Positions 13,561-25,499 of a stretch of 64,000 nucleotides of DNA are shown in pieces. This stretch comes from Blasia pusilla (taxonomy: Eukaryota). The stretch lies in contig CM114271.1 of assembly GCA_050084515.1 (NCBI GenBank), forward strand, positions 23,002,001 through 23,066,000, written 5' to 3'. The notes below the pieces were generated by a model that worked only from the letters and a program-made list of their open reading frames with translations, was not told where the DNA came from and ran no database searches. Positions within the stretch are counted from its first letter, which is position 1; every line of letters begins with the position of its first letter. A program made the position numbers and the translations under genes.

Positions 13561-16005
13561 ATAAATCTCCTATTCATCAACTCCCCAACCATTGAGATCC
13601 CAAATATGAAATTAGATCATGCCAATGACAAAAAGAAAAAAGGAAGGAAAATATGATTAGATAATTGCAAGAAAACGGAAAATATTTTTGAGGAGAAAGT
13701 AATTGAAAAACCTAAGGCTGAAAATTGGGAGTTGGAGGAAAACTTTGAGGAAAGAGGGATGAAATTCAGAAATTCAGCCAATTCTCCATTTTCATGCAAT
13801 TACTCATTAGAGCATCATCTATCTATATATATTACGATGAGCAAATGCTAGAAGACAAAATAGTAACACTCAACGATTCAATCATTTTTCAATGTATTGT
13901 TCTCTTTTCTCTTAGGCTTAAAAGAACTAAGTTACACTTAGAACTTGGCCACAAAGAAAATGGATTCAGCTTATCTAAGGTGTCGAGAATTCAGAAAGTG
14001 TGTTTTTTTTTTTGTTTTTTTGTTTTCTTTTATGTGGGGAGTATATGCTTCTTACATATATTCAAAACCCTACCAATTTTTTCAATCAGGGTTGTAGAGT
14101 GACTATCATCAAATTTCCTTTGCAAGGAATACTTGAATCAACCAGTACAAGGAAATTTGATGATAGTCACTCTACAACCCAAATTTCCTTGAATGATTTT
14201 TTTTTACTAATTGAGAGACCGGGATTGGAAAAATAAGTATAACTGATTTCTTTCTTACTTAACAAGGGAAAAGAGATGCATTTAAAAAAAATCAAAATTA
14301 CAGTCTCAAAAGCTTATCTTTTCTGTTTATTTTTCAACTTCACAATTTCAGCATGTGTAGGATGTAATAGTTTCATTCTATTCTCCATTTGTTACGTATT
14401 TTCATTTCCATTCTACCTAGCAAAGTGCATTGTGAGGGAAAAATATTACTGGAAACTATCATTGCAACAGCAACCATAGTGGGGTATGCCCCTAATAGTT
14501 GCAATTATCATGTGTTGCAATAGTCACAATCAGTGCAAATTTTAAGGGCATCCCTTATAATGAACCGCATATGTTGACCCGCATTCCTCAAATGGAGGAG
14601 CTAAGCCCAAGAAACAAATGTGTCCGTCTTCCTGCATTTACTCCATGCAGTATAGAACTTTACAAAATAGGATGCAGTGATGGTTCTTCAAACAAACTAG
14701 AGAGTTCCACTACAGGGTAAGTGATTGACGTAGTCCTGCCTTATCAAACAATGGCTTTGGGTTTCACCTACATTCATTCCCAACTTTCTGAAATTTCCAC
14801 AGTTCCACTCAATCTTTACACCTTTGCTCTCATTTTTGTCCAAAGCATAGGTCATGGAGTTAATCATTTCTCTTGTGCTTACGGCAGGGTACTCCTCTGT
14901 CAGAAGCAGACAACAGGCGAATGAATCCTGCAATTCTCTGATAAGGTACTCATCATACTCAGTCTAGGGAAATGGGCTTTCTCACTCATATGAGAAAGAA
15001 GCCATCTTTGCTTGTAGCTATTCACTTTGGACCTGACCAATTTTCAACATCGAGAATCTGGTATCTATGGACTCGTTTGATGTCCATAGCTGTCTATGAA
15101 ATGAAACTGGTCCTGCTGAATCCCACATTTTAGTGGAGAGCTCCAAAATGTGGGACAGATTCTGTCTCTCTTTTTTGTTGAATGCACACAAAAGAATTGT
15201 GATGCCACCATCTCGTAACTCAGCTCGGGAAGGACCTCTCTTACAGTAATTGTTGTTGGGATCAAACCAACAAAACCTCTCCAGCAAACTATGGCAAGCT
15301 CTGTGGTCGAGGTATCTGGTGGGTGCCATTACCTGTCCAGGATTATTTCGTACAACACATCTTGAACACTGGTTTCCCACCAAAGAATCTGAAAGAAGAG
15401 ACTTAAGGGACCACTTCTTCTGCAGACAACCAGGGGCATTTAGAAGTAAGCATGAATGTATCACTGATGCAAGTATTAAGGCTATCTCAGGCTTTTGGAG
15501 CTCAAAATAAAAGCCTACTTTTGGAAACTTAGATGCTATCAGGCACACTTCCTCATACAGCAGAGAAACCTTCTCAAAATAGTCAGCTACCCTCTCTTCA
15601 AATAAAACAGTGGAATAAGTGGCAGGTGTAGGAGATAGCCTACCTTTTCAGAGCCAAGAAATTGATGAATTGGTGAAATTTGGATTCAGCCATTTAATGT
15701 TACAGAGAACCTACACTATTGATGGCATTTCTTCTCTACCATAAGAATCAGTTGGTGATTTTTTTTGGGTCAAAACCCTCACCAGACACCGACAGGCAAG
15801 ACTTATATACACATGTGAACCAGTCTTCTTATCAGATCTAAATTGATCCAGCCTTCTAGTAAAATCTGCATTTGACAGATGATGGATGCTGCCACTATGC
15901 TCTGGCAAATGTAGCATATCAAAGTAGTTCCAAATCCAGACCAAGCGCATAATACAAAACCTTTCTACAATAAGTTCCCAAACATCTGCGTCAAAATACT
16001 TGAGC

Positions 16006-19000
16006 TCAAACAGATACAGTTTTTGGAAGTTCTCTGCTTCCACCAACTTCCACTTCAGCGGGCACCTCTGCCAACTCTGGCCCAGAGCTTGGTTCATCAT
16101 TTATCAGTACAGTATCATGACTGATGCCTGCCGATCCTGCGAAAGGCTTGGGACTCTCAGTAGCCGCACTAAGTCGTGATTTTGGTGGTTGGCCATGACC
16201 CCCACCCCTTGCTGCAGCCACAGGAGGACCTGTCCCTGCAGGTGTTGGGATCCCATGTCCTATTGCAGGGGCAGAACTTGCAACCAAAGATCCATTTTGA
16301 GCCCCTGGCCCTCCTTGTAAAACTGGAGGTGCTTTTTTGCTGCTTGAATTTCCACCAGGCGGCTGTGGAGTAGAATTTGCTGCCTGAGATGGTGGCTGCT
16401 GCTGAGTTCTTGGAGGTGGTGATTTGGGCCGAAGAGATTCAATTTCAGATGTGGTACCCACAAGATGAGGGGCATCAACAGGAGGATTCCCCCGGCCTCC
16501 CTGCCAGACCTTACCCTCATTATCGACAAAATGTTTAGCATACATCTGTCAAACCAACAAGCAGTGTCATGAATAAGGTCTAAGACCTAAGCTGTTCTAC
16601 TCTAGCTTTGATTGAAACGTGTGAAGAAGAAACAATGAGTAAATGATGCCTCCACAAAACAGATGGGCATGTGAATCTAAGAGCATGCCACCCTCCCTAT
16701 AAAAGAGATGCATGCACATCATTCCCAAAACGACAGAACACGAATGATCACTTATTATGGGTGACACTCCAGAAAAAGCAAGAAGAATGCTAAGATACCT
16801 GTGGACTAAAATTTGACGATGAAAGACCCTTCCCAACTGTTACCCAACCTGCCCGGATGTTGTGATCCTCTCCAAAAAGTTCAATACGCCGTTGCCCTTG
16901 AGCAAAGTGCTCAATTATATGATACAACTCCTCAGGTTTTGCTGTAGACCCTGTCCCACGAAGCAGTTTACTCTCAGAGTCAGCCACACATAAGCCCTAC
17001 AGTTTTTCCAAACTTTTAGTTACTACACACCCCTAAAGATGGTTACCATACAGCTGCAATCAGGTAACTGGAAAAGCATGTAACCAACAACTGCAGTCAA
17101 TGATGACAGATAATGAATTGGTTGAAGACAGGATAATCACAATAACCTAGGTTGATTGTCTAGGGGAAGCAATAATGAGTTGGAGAGTTGGAGTTATAGA
17201 GATTCACTTTCACACAATCATGCCCAAATTTGATTCCTGCATCCCATCATGAACCATCTTGATGTGAAAGACACTACTAATCCTGCCTACTGCAACACAG
17301 TTCCCTGTTGTACGAATGAAGAACTATAACTTTGCATGACAGGAGAGGGAAGAGGATGCAAAGAGAGCCTACCATAGTCTGGTTCTTCTGATATGATTAT
17401 ATCTGTGTCGACGTTTGCATGAATTATATGTCCATCAGTGCTGCGTCGTACAGTTCCTTTGATCCCCATCAGACAATGCTCCTGAGAAATCCATCATACA
17501 TCTCAGTTGTGTTTCAAATCAAGACAAGACATTAGGCCTCTCTTACAGTCTCTGCATTAAATAATACATTGAGCTGCTAAAACAGATACCTTGGGCAAGG
17601 AACCATTTCAATATCTACATCCGTGTTCCATGACAGTATAGATCTAAAAAAGAAAGCTGTTGAACAGACATTTGAATCATACCTTTGAATGTTGGAGGAG
17701 GGTATTTGCATCATGTCGCAGTGCTGGTGTTGGATTTTCTCGGTTAGTCTTCACCCAGCATATATCTTCACATCTCCTGAATCCCCACTGTCAACAGAAA
17801 TCACAAGATTAAGATTAGCACAACTAAAATAAAGAGAAGGAAGATCAGATTTCTAAATATATTTACGTTTCAAAAATCATCTGCAAGTCAGGAAAAACAA
17901 CAAACTATAGATGTCACAAGCACCTTCTTCAGGCACTGCCGTCCCTGGTCGAGTCCCTCTGCATCGCCGACCCACAGAAAAATAAAGGCCGGTGTGTCTG
18001 ATATTGCCTGCAGAAGATCACAAGTTGAGTGGGAATTTGATGAGAAGTTACTTAACTCTTCAGTTTATAAAGAAAATCATGAGTGTCCATTAATCCAACG
18101 CATGTAAAATTGTTCACTGGCTCACAAATGCCACCGAGGATTATAAACAGGTGTCTACGAACACTATGGCAGAAAGGTAGAATAGAACAAATAAAACAAA
18201 AAGACAAAGATGTTCCTTTAGATCAAGACAGCCAAGACACATCAGCAGAAGAAAGTGAACCAACTCCATGAAGAACCTCTCTTACCAAAAGAGGTGTTAA
18301 TGACCACTACACACAGCCACAATGAATACCTACTCCTTCATTCCTCGCACAATCTTATCTAGAAATGTTGCTTCTAGGAAAATGCTGAGGCTTCTGTTCA
18401 GAGTATCTACATGTCCCTGCCTGAAATTGTGCTTCAGTGAGAACTTCTAAACGAAGTCACACTGAAAAATAATCCAGCTCCAGTACAGTTAATCTCAATC
18501 ATTGAATCCGCATTCTATTGATCTAGGTTAACTTCTTGAGCTGAGCTGAATTCACTTTTTGTCTCTCACAAAAAGATAACCCAGTGATTCCACTACTAGG
18601 TGTAAAGTCCCATCTGTCAACAAAAATGATCAGAGGGAGAGGACATACTTCAATGCGAAGATTCTGTATAGCTTCATAAGACCACCACTCCATGGAATCC
18701 CCTACACCAGGTGCACGTCGAATATATTCCTCCCAAGGTGGGTCCACAAGAATAACATCAAACTTTGTTCCAAACATTTCTGGTCGGAGCTCAGTGGTGC
18801 GTAAATCACACTGCATGTACATCGGTGGTGTGGCACGATCGGTGATAAGCTTGTCCTTTCTTGCAATCAACTCTTTCAGCTTTGGATATTCTTCAAACCT
18901 ATCAGCAAGCTCGACATCCCGTATAAAATTTTGAGGTCTTAAACCAGTATCAACAAAATGTTGTGAGTAATCATTTTGCTCCCCTCTCGAGGGACCTCTA

Positions 19001-22000
19001 CCAGCCTGTCCACCTCCTCTGGAGACACCTCTCCCTCCTGGTGGCCCTCTATCCCCAGGCATTGGCCGCCCTCCAAATGGTGAGACCCCACCAAACATTC
19101 CCCCAGGAACAAGTGCACCAGGGCCTCCTCTCCCAGGTCCAGGAGGACTGAAAAACATGTTAGGACCAGGGCCAGGGGGCCCAGGACCCATTCCTGGCCC
19201 AAACCTGGGGGGTCCTGGTCCTGCACCAGGTCCGGGTCCAGGAGGGCCATTCATCATTCCCATGTCACCTCCACCACGGCCACCACCCCAGCCCATAGGA
19301 CCTCCAAATGGTGGCATTTGAAACCCCCCTGGGCCCATCATTCCGAGACCAAGCCCTGGCATGGGTCCAGGTGGTCCTAAGGGACCAAAATGAGGTCCTG
19401 GGAGGCCAGGGCCTGGACCAGGTCCCATTTGAGATATGACAGGAACGTTACCTCTCTGATTATCTCTTGCACCACCTCTTCCTCCCTTCCCAGGACCTCT
19501 TCCTCCCCTTCCTCCCTTCCCTCCTTGCTGCATATTCCTCATCATTAACCCAGCACCTTGATTATTCATAAAGAGAGGACGCCCTTCATGCATTATAAGT
19601 GTTCCACGACCACGATTACTTGGAGACCCTTTTGTCCTACCTCTCCCACCATGATGACTGAAACCCATGCCACTATCATTGCCACCTCCCCTGCCTGGAC
19701 TAGGTCCAAAACCTTGATCTAGACCTGGTGGTGGTTCATCTTCATTGTTGAACCGATCTCGACCCTCAAGCAGGTAGCCACCATCTCCCATGCGAAGTCT
19801 GTCCTCTCCCATTGGCACTTCCCAGTCCCCTTCTCCACCTCCACCCATGAATTCCCCTTGAAGCACTCCAGAATCGCCTCCAACCCGAGGCATGAAAGGA
19901 CCACTGGCAAGTATACCTCGTCCAGAATCCACACTGGGTGGGAGAGCCATGCCTGCTCCACGGTTGTTGCCTTCAATCAACAACCCCATGCCATTTGGGC
20001 TAGTAATGCTGTCGCCCCTCTCCCTGTCCATTCTCTCTCTGTCATTCATCTCCCTCTCAAACCTCTCTCTACCTGCCCTCTCCCTGTCAGCCCTTTCTAT
20101 CCTCCTGTCCATCTCCCAGCCCTCACGATCCATATCATGCTCTCCATCTCTGGCTTTGTCATCTCGTTCTTTGTACCTTTCTCGAGGTCTTTCCTTCCTC
20201 CTGTCTAAAACCTCTTCCCATTCTCTGCGTCTTCCTCTCTCCCAAGAATCATCCTCCTTTTCATGAGCTTCCCTCTCTGAGTACCTATCTCTGTCCTTGT
20301 CTCTTTCTTTCCTTCCACTTGGCCTCTCTCGTTCAACATCATCTTTGTCCTCACCCCAGTCTCTGTCACCGTCGTCGCGATCTCCACGACCACCCTTCCT
20401 TCCATCAGGACTCCAAGATTCCTTCAAAGACTTTCCACCTCTGCTTCTTCCTCCAGACCTACCTCCATCCTCAGACTCGTCTCGACCACCATCAGTTCGT
20501 TCTCTCCCTTTCAGCCTCTCGTCCTCTCCGCGACTCCTACCCATAGGTTTTCCACTATCTTCAATTGACTCCCTTGCTCCCTCCCCTCTCTCTCTGGCCA
20601 GTCGATCACGCTGTTTCTCCGGCCTCTCTACTTCTCTGTCCCCTCTCCCTCTTCCACTGAATCTGCGCACATCATCTGCTAGCTCTGCACTGATCTCCCT
20701 GCCTCCAGTCGAAACTTTCTCAATCCAGTCCTCTTCCACCTTATCACTTCTTCCCCTTCTTCCTGCATCCTCATGCTCCCCCGCTCTGTCCCGGCCTCTG
20801 CCCCTGTCACTTCTTTCATCTACTCCTCTTTCATTCCGTCCTCTGCCGTTAGATCTAGTACTACCTTCGGGTTCAGTCCAATCATCCCCGTCATTCCTGA
20901 GCTGCTGCCGTTCACCCCTGCTCTCTTCTCCTCTTTCCCTGCCCAAAACCCTTGCTCCATCCTCAAAATCTTCCTGCCCTCCGTCTCCTCTTTCCTTCAC
21001 TCTGGCCCGATCCCGTCGATCATCCTCCCTGCCTCTCTTGAGCCGTGCGGCAGCCTTCCCATCCTCTGATTCATCCCACCTACTATCGCCTCTATCGGAA
21101 ACCTTAGTTCTTTCTCTGAAAGATGGCTCGGAGCCATCGTCCTTCCCCATCTCATTCCTATCTCCCCTTCCTCTCTCTCTCAACCCTCGCCTTCCACCTC
21201 TTTCGTCCATCCTTTCAGCAGTTCTGCTGCTTAGTCCCAAGCGTTTGTCTCCGAGCTCATCCCATCCAGTCTCCACCCTGCATTCATCTTCTCCTTCAAA
21301 TCGCTCTGATGCCTCCTCTCTGTTGCCTTTGCCTGCGCGCATTTTGTCTCGACTGCTTCTTTTTCTCTCCGGTCCTCGTGCTTCTTCAGAATCCTCCCAA
21401 CCACCGGCTCTGTCTCCTGATAGCTCCCTCTCAACTTCCTGGCCTCGCTCTCCTCTACTTCTGCTCCTGCTCCGTCCTTTACCGAAGCCTAGGGCTTTAG
21501 ATGCACGATCTCCTCGCTCATCATCGTCTCTATCCGCTCTCCTAGTCCTGTCATCCTCCGACTCTTCGTATACATCCCTCCCAACCTTTCGCTGCTCATC
21601 CTCGATCTCAATGCTATCTCCTAATTTCCCCACTCGCGTTCCACCAGACCTTTTCTTACTGCTTCCGCTAGACCGTGAGCCAAAAGCTTCAGTGTGCCCA
21701 CCTTCCCATCCTCTCTCCTCTTTCTGAGCAAACTCCTCCTTCCCCGCGCTCTCCCCGCCTCCCGTTCTCTCCAATCTTGCTCCCCTTCTATCCCTGCTCG
21801 ACTTTCTTTTTGGGCGACCCTCATCCTGGACATCGCAGAGTGCATCTAACCTCTCAGCCCTCTTCTTGCCTCCGGCAACGGACCTGTCGTCCTCCGAAAA
21901 CTCTTCCATTCTATCCACAGCTCTATCATCGTACCCTCTGCCCTTCCCACCTCCACGAGGATCCCTGTCAGCTTTGCCACTCTTGCACAATTTGCTGGAA

Positions 22001-22131
22001 CGATGCTTCCGATCGGTCGCATCTATCCACTCTTCTGTGTGCTCCGATATTCGTTCCTTTTCATCCACAATCTTTCGCCTCTTGCCGGACTCGGCCATCT
22101 CGTCCCTGCTCACCGCGTCCGGACTATCCAT
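16006..22131 (-). CDS. MTB: N6-adenosine (m6A) methyltransferase complex subunit MTB (METTL14 orthologue, MT-A70 family), ~1490 aa. Exons 22131-18649, 18007-17924, 17787-17683, 17481-17373, 16950-16799, 16545-16006
   Basis: Conserved MTB core [40 protein letters not shown]...[13 protein letters not shown]...|[43 protein letters not shown]...|[70 protein letters not shown]. It follows a long R/D/E/G-rich N-terminus. All junctions are GT-AG and in phase. Confidence 0.97.
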
Positions 22132-22183
22132 CTTCTTCTACGACCCTATTTCCCCTCTTTCCTTCACAAGCTCCAGTTTTCAG

Positions 22184-22612
22184 CTGCAATTCACAGGCAC
22201 ATAACCACCGTCACCTATGAAAAAAACCAAAATCTAAAAAAAAGAGTTCGACGTTCCTGTGGAGAAGCCACAAACCAATGCCAATGGATTCGACAAGCAA
22301 AATTTGGGCTCCTTGCATGCTCCCACTCCCATTCACTGCCCTGTCCAACTGTCCATCCTTGCGACCCTAATCCTGACGTCGTCTTCCTTTCTGAAACATC
22401 GTCCCACTCGAACATGCAAACTACAACAAACTCCACCTTCACAGTCCGGCGCTAGCACACTGAGAACACGACTCCGAAATACGGCCCCAAAATTGAACAC
22501 AAAACCATCCTAAAACCACTTGATCCAAAAATCACAAGCAGCAACGCACGCCAGATTTTCCTGGCCCTCAAGCAGACATAGAATCTGCCAAAAACGCCCC
22601 CCGACTGCTCAC
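22184..22612 (-). other. Probable 5'-UTR intron of MTB
   Basis: Donor G|GTGAG at 22612 and acceptor TTGCAG at ~22184, about 52 nt upstream of the ATG; T-rich interior on the minus strand. Confidence 0.55.
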
Positions 22613-23227
22613 CCTACATCCAGGCTGTCCATCCTCCTCGCCACCCTAATTCTCGCGTCGCATTGCGTTCCTCCTATCACCCGCTTCCGCTCTCCTCTCC
22701 CCCGCGCAGCACTTCCCGTACTCCGGTTCCCGCGCTCCGTCTTCCAACGCCCACTGCACCGCAATATTTCATCAAACTCGCGAGCGAGAACTCCACAGCG
22801 ACAAGACGACGAACTCCCTCCTTCAAATCCCTCTCTCTCCCCCCCCCCCCGCCCTCGTCGAGACGCGCTGCGCCGCAGTCTGTCAGAAACTCCTGGATCG
22901 CCACTCGAATTCCACGCGAACAATTGATGGCGACCGCGACGATTCCAGTGCTCAGCTCTGGAGAGAATCTCTCTCCCTCCTCTCTCCGTGCGCGTTGTTC
23001 AGTGTCACCTTTCGCACTCGCGGCCGAAGGGAGGGAGTGGTGACCGAAGAGAAGGAACTGAAGGGAAGAAACGGAATAGGGAGTGGAGTGCCGAAGGGAC
23101 GGCGACTGAGGATGTCGGATGTGGAGGTCTTTGTGGACTCTCTTTCATGATTTCACACGGGATGTCCGGATTTTTGCTTATAGTTTAGGACAAGACAAGT
23201 GTATACATGCAATGCTTCTTAATTTTA

Positions 23228-23386
23228 CTAGTAAGGGAAATAAAAGTGATTGAAATTTTTTGTTAGTGTATAGTAAGGGAAGGGATTAATGATTCAAATT
23301 TAGACGTGAAATATTTTTTTATTATCCAATTGTCACGTGTCAAAGAGAGAGGTGTTTGCAAATCACCTCTCCCATAATAATATAGA
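23228..23386 (-). mobile_element. Putative short non-autonomous Helitron-like element (159 bp) in the MTB promoter region
   Basis: Minus strand reads A|TCTATATTATTATGGGAGAGGTGATTTGCAAAC...CTTACTAG|T, i.e. a TC start and CTAG end between A and T. No obvious 3' hairpin. Confidence 0.4.
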
Positions 23387-23737
23387 TGGCACTATTAAAA
23401 AGTACAACAAACATTCTTGGGATCCCAAATCCCATGACGTTGAAACTCAGATGTTACTAGAAAATTATTTGAGTGCTAGAGGACGCCCAATCTTGTAGAA
23501 ACATACGTCCATGCACGTAGAATACATTTTAAATGTGTAATGGACTCATTTTGAAGGGATCTTCCTTTTCAAGAAAGTATTGTAGAGTTCAACCTCTACT
23601 CCTCCTTGTTTCCTCCCAAAGCACTCTCAACTATGAGCTTTGCAAAAGGTAGTCTTGGGTTGAGTCTCAAACCACTCGAAGATTTTGAAGATAGTCGAGA
23701 AGCCCCCAAGCAGCCAATTAAGGGCTAATTGGGGAAT

Positions 23738-23958
23738 GATAACAAATAGTAGACGCAAGGAGTGACCAGTACGAATTTCAACTGCTTCTTCAAAACAAGA
23801 GAAAACCTCCATGTCGTCTTCTAAAAGTCCCAACTGAATAGCTGTTTCCTTAAAAGTAGGATAGACAACGCCATTAATTGTCCTCAAATATTCATATGAT
23901 TGAGCTCCTCTCACATAATTGAGAAGTAATTGTATCCAATGACGCTCTCCTTCACCTA
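23738..23958 (-). mobile_element. Helitron Rep/helicase (RepHel) coding fragment
   Basis: Translation GEGERHWIQLLLNYVRGAQSYEYLRTINGVVYPTFKETAIQLGLLEDDMEVFSCFEEAVEIRTGHSLRLLFVII matches the conserved Helitron segment (ERyyLRlLL.vrG..SfedLRTvnG..y.TF.eA...GLLeDD.e...cl.EA......LR.LF..I) between the Rep and Pif1-helicase domains. Confidence 0.88.
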
Positions 23959-24089
23959 TCTAATTTTACAACGGATAAAATATTAAAAAATATATATCAT
24001 TTCATTATTTTAACTAGGATATTAATATACAAATTAGATCTACACATATAAAAAAAGTTCACATGGGGTAGTCATATATAAATGTCCAA

Positions 24090-25470
24090 TGGAGAGTCCA
24101 CATCCTTTTCTTCCACGTATACGTCAAACCTATCTCTTCTTATTCGAAGAACAATAGGAAGGGAATTCCAAATAAAGGTGGTTTCGAGCTTTTGGATCAG
24201 AACTATTGGTTACAAACCATTGCCAATAGTAGCATGGCCTTTTGAAGATAATGTGGATGCCAATAACAAGCTTTATATCTGTGTGTCACGTAACAACCTT
24301 CTCCAACAATGGGGTTGAAGAAGATCATGCATTTGGGCTAGTTGTTTGGCGTGAGAGCCCCTCCTTCACTTACTACGATTGCCTTCATCCAATCTGGAAG
24401 ATCTTGCACTTGTGTGCTCGGATTAAGAGGTCTTGGTGCCAATATCATAGAGGCATAGTTTGCAGCGTTAATGTTTGGATCTACGACATTGTCCCATGCT
24501 GCGCCTAGAGCTAGAGGCCACAACTGCTCGATAGGTTGAAATAAGACCATATCAACCTCCTTCACGAGACGACTCTCAAGTAGAGTTGTCTCGAGAGTGA
24601 GTTCTCCCATTGCAACAGTTCATCCATCTCTTGTTGTTGTCTTGCCATGATGTTCTCGTATGCTCTTCGCCACTGCTTTGTATGGTCAACCATCACAACT
24701 CTTTGCCTTCTACGGAGGTCATCTATGGCAATAGATTCGTTCAAAAGTCTCTCCATCTCTCTCTTCAGTATGATGTGCTCCTCAGATAGTTGTTCATACT
24801 TCCCCTTCAAAATATTGTATTCCGCGACTAAATCAACATTGCGTTGGGAATTTGTTACTAAACTCTCCAACTATAATAGACGAGACATTACCTCGCTATT
24901 ATCTAGATCGCTCTCCCCATGAAAGGTTTGGGGAGGAGCACCGCTATGTACATGGCGATCAGAACTCTCCTCGGGCTCATCAAAGCTCGTACTACGACCT
25001 ACGTAGAGGTCATTCAAACCATTTCGTCTATCCTTCGCCCCCATCTTGACAATCCATCTTGCTGATAATGGAGTGATGACGCTCGTGGCGATGAAGCTTC
25101 CACTCTTGGTCGTTTAAAGTATGGCGGTGGGGTTATATTATCTTCTTCTCTTGGTCTCTTATCCCTTCTCAAAGACCCCTCATCCACATTGCCATACTGA
25201 ACCTCCAATTCATTTATCAATTCCGCGATTTTGAGTTGAAAAAATACCTTGCTCACTAACTTCCTCTTCCTCTTAGGGAGGTCTTTGTACTTTCAGACGC
25301 CATTGAATAAAGCCAAATCCTGTGTCCACTCATTCTCTTCCATTTTCCTTGCAAATTCTCCAATCGCACACTGCTGCCACTTCAGCCGCGACTTCTTGAA
25401 CTCTCCTTTCAAAACTTGTGGGTCAATGCCGCTATCCAAGTGCGCCTTCAATTCATCTTCCGTGACAAAT
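24090..25470 (-). pseudogene. Decayed intron-less ORF: basic/low-complexity region, coiled coil and possible degenerate RING finger; probable transposon cargo
   Basis: Consecutive minus-strand frames FVTEDELKAHLDSG...*KYKDLPKRKRKLVSKVFF...; LVAEYNILKGKYEQLSEEHIILKREMERLLNE (heptad-like); ...PKCMIFFNPIVGEGCYVTHRYKACYWHPHYLQKAMLLLAMVCNQ, broken by stops and frameshifts. Confidence 0.45.
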
Positions 25471-25499
25471 TACTACCACTATTACTAGCCTTAATTGTG

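Noticed and set aside
15018..15548. 176-aa minus-strand ORF downstream of MTB
   Set aside because: Non-ATG start and no recognisable motif; more likely 3' UTR or intron
20297..21727. 476-aa Ser/Leu/Pro-rich ORF on the plus strand
   Set aside because: Antisense shadow of the purine-rich, low-complexity MTB exon 1, with no independent domain signal
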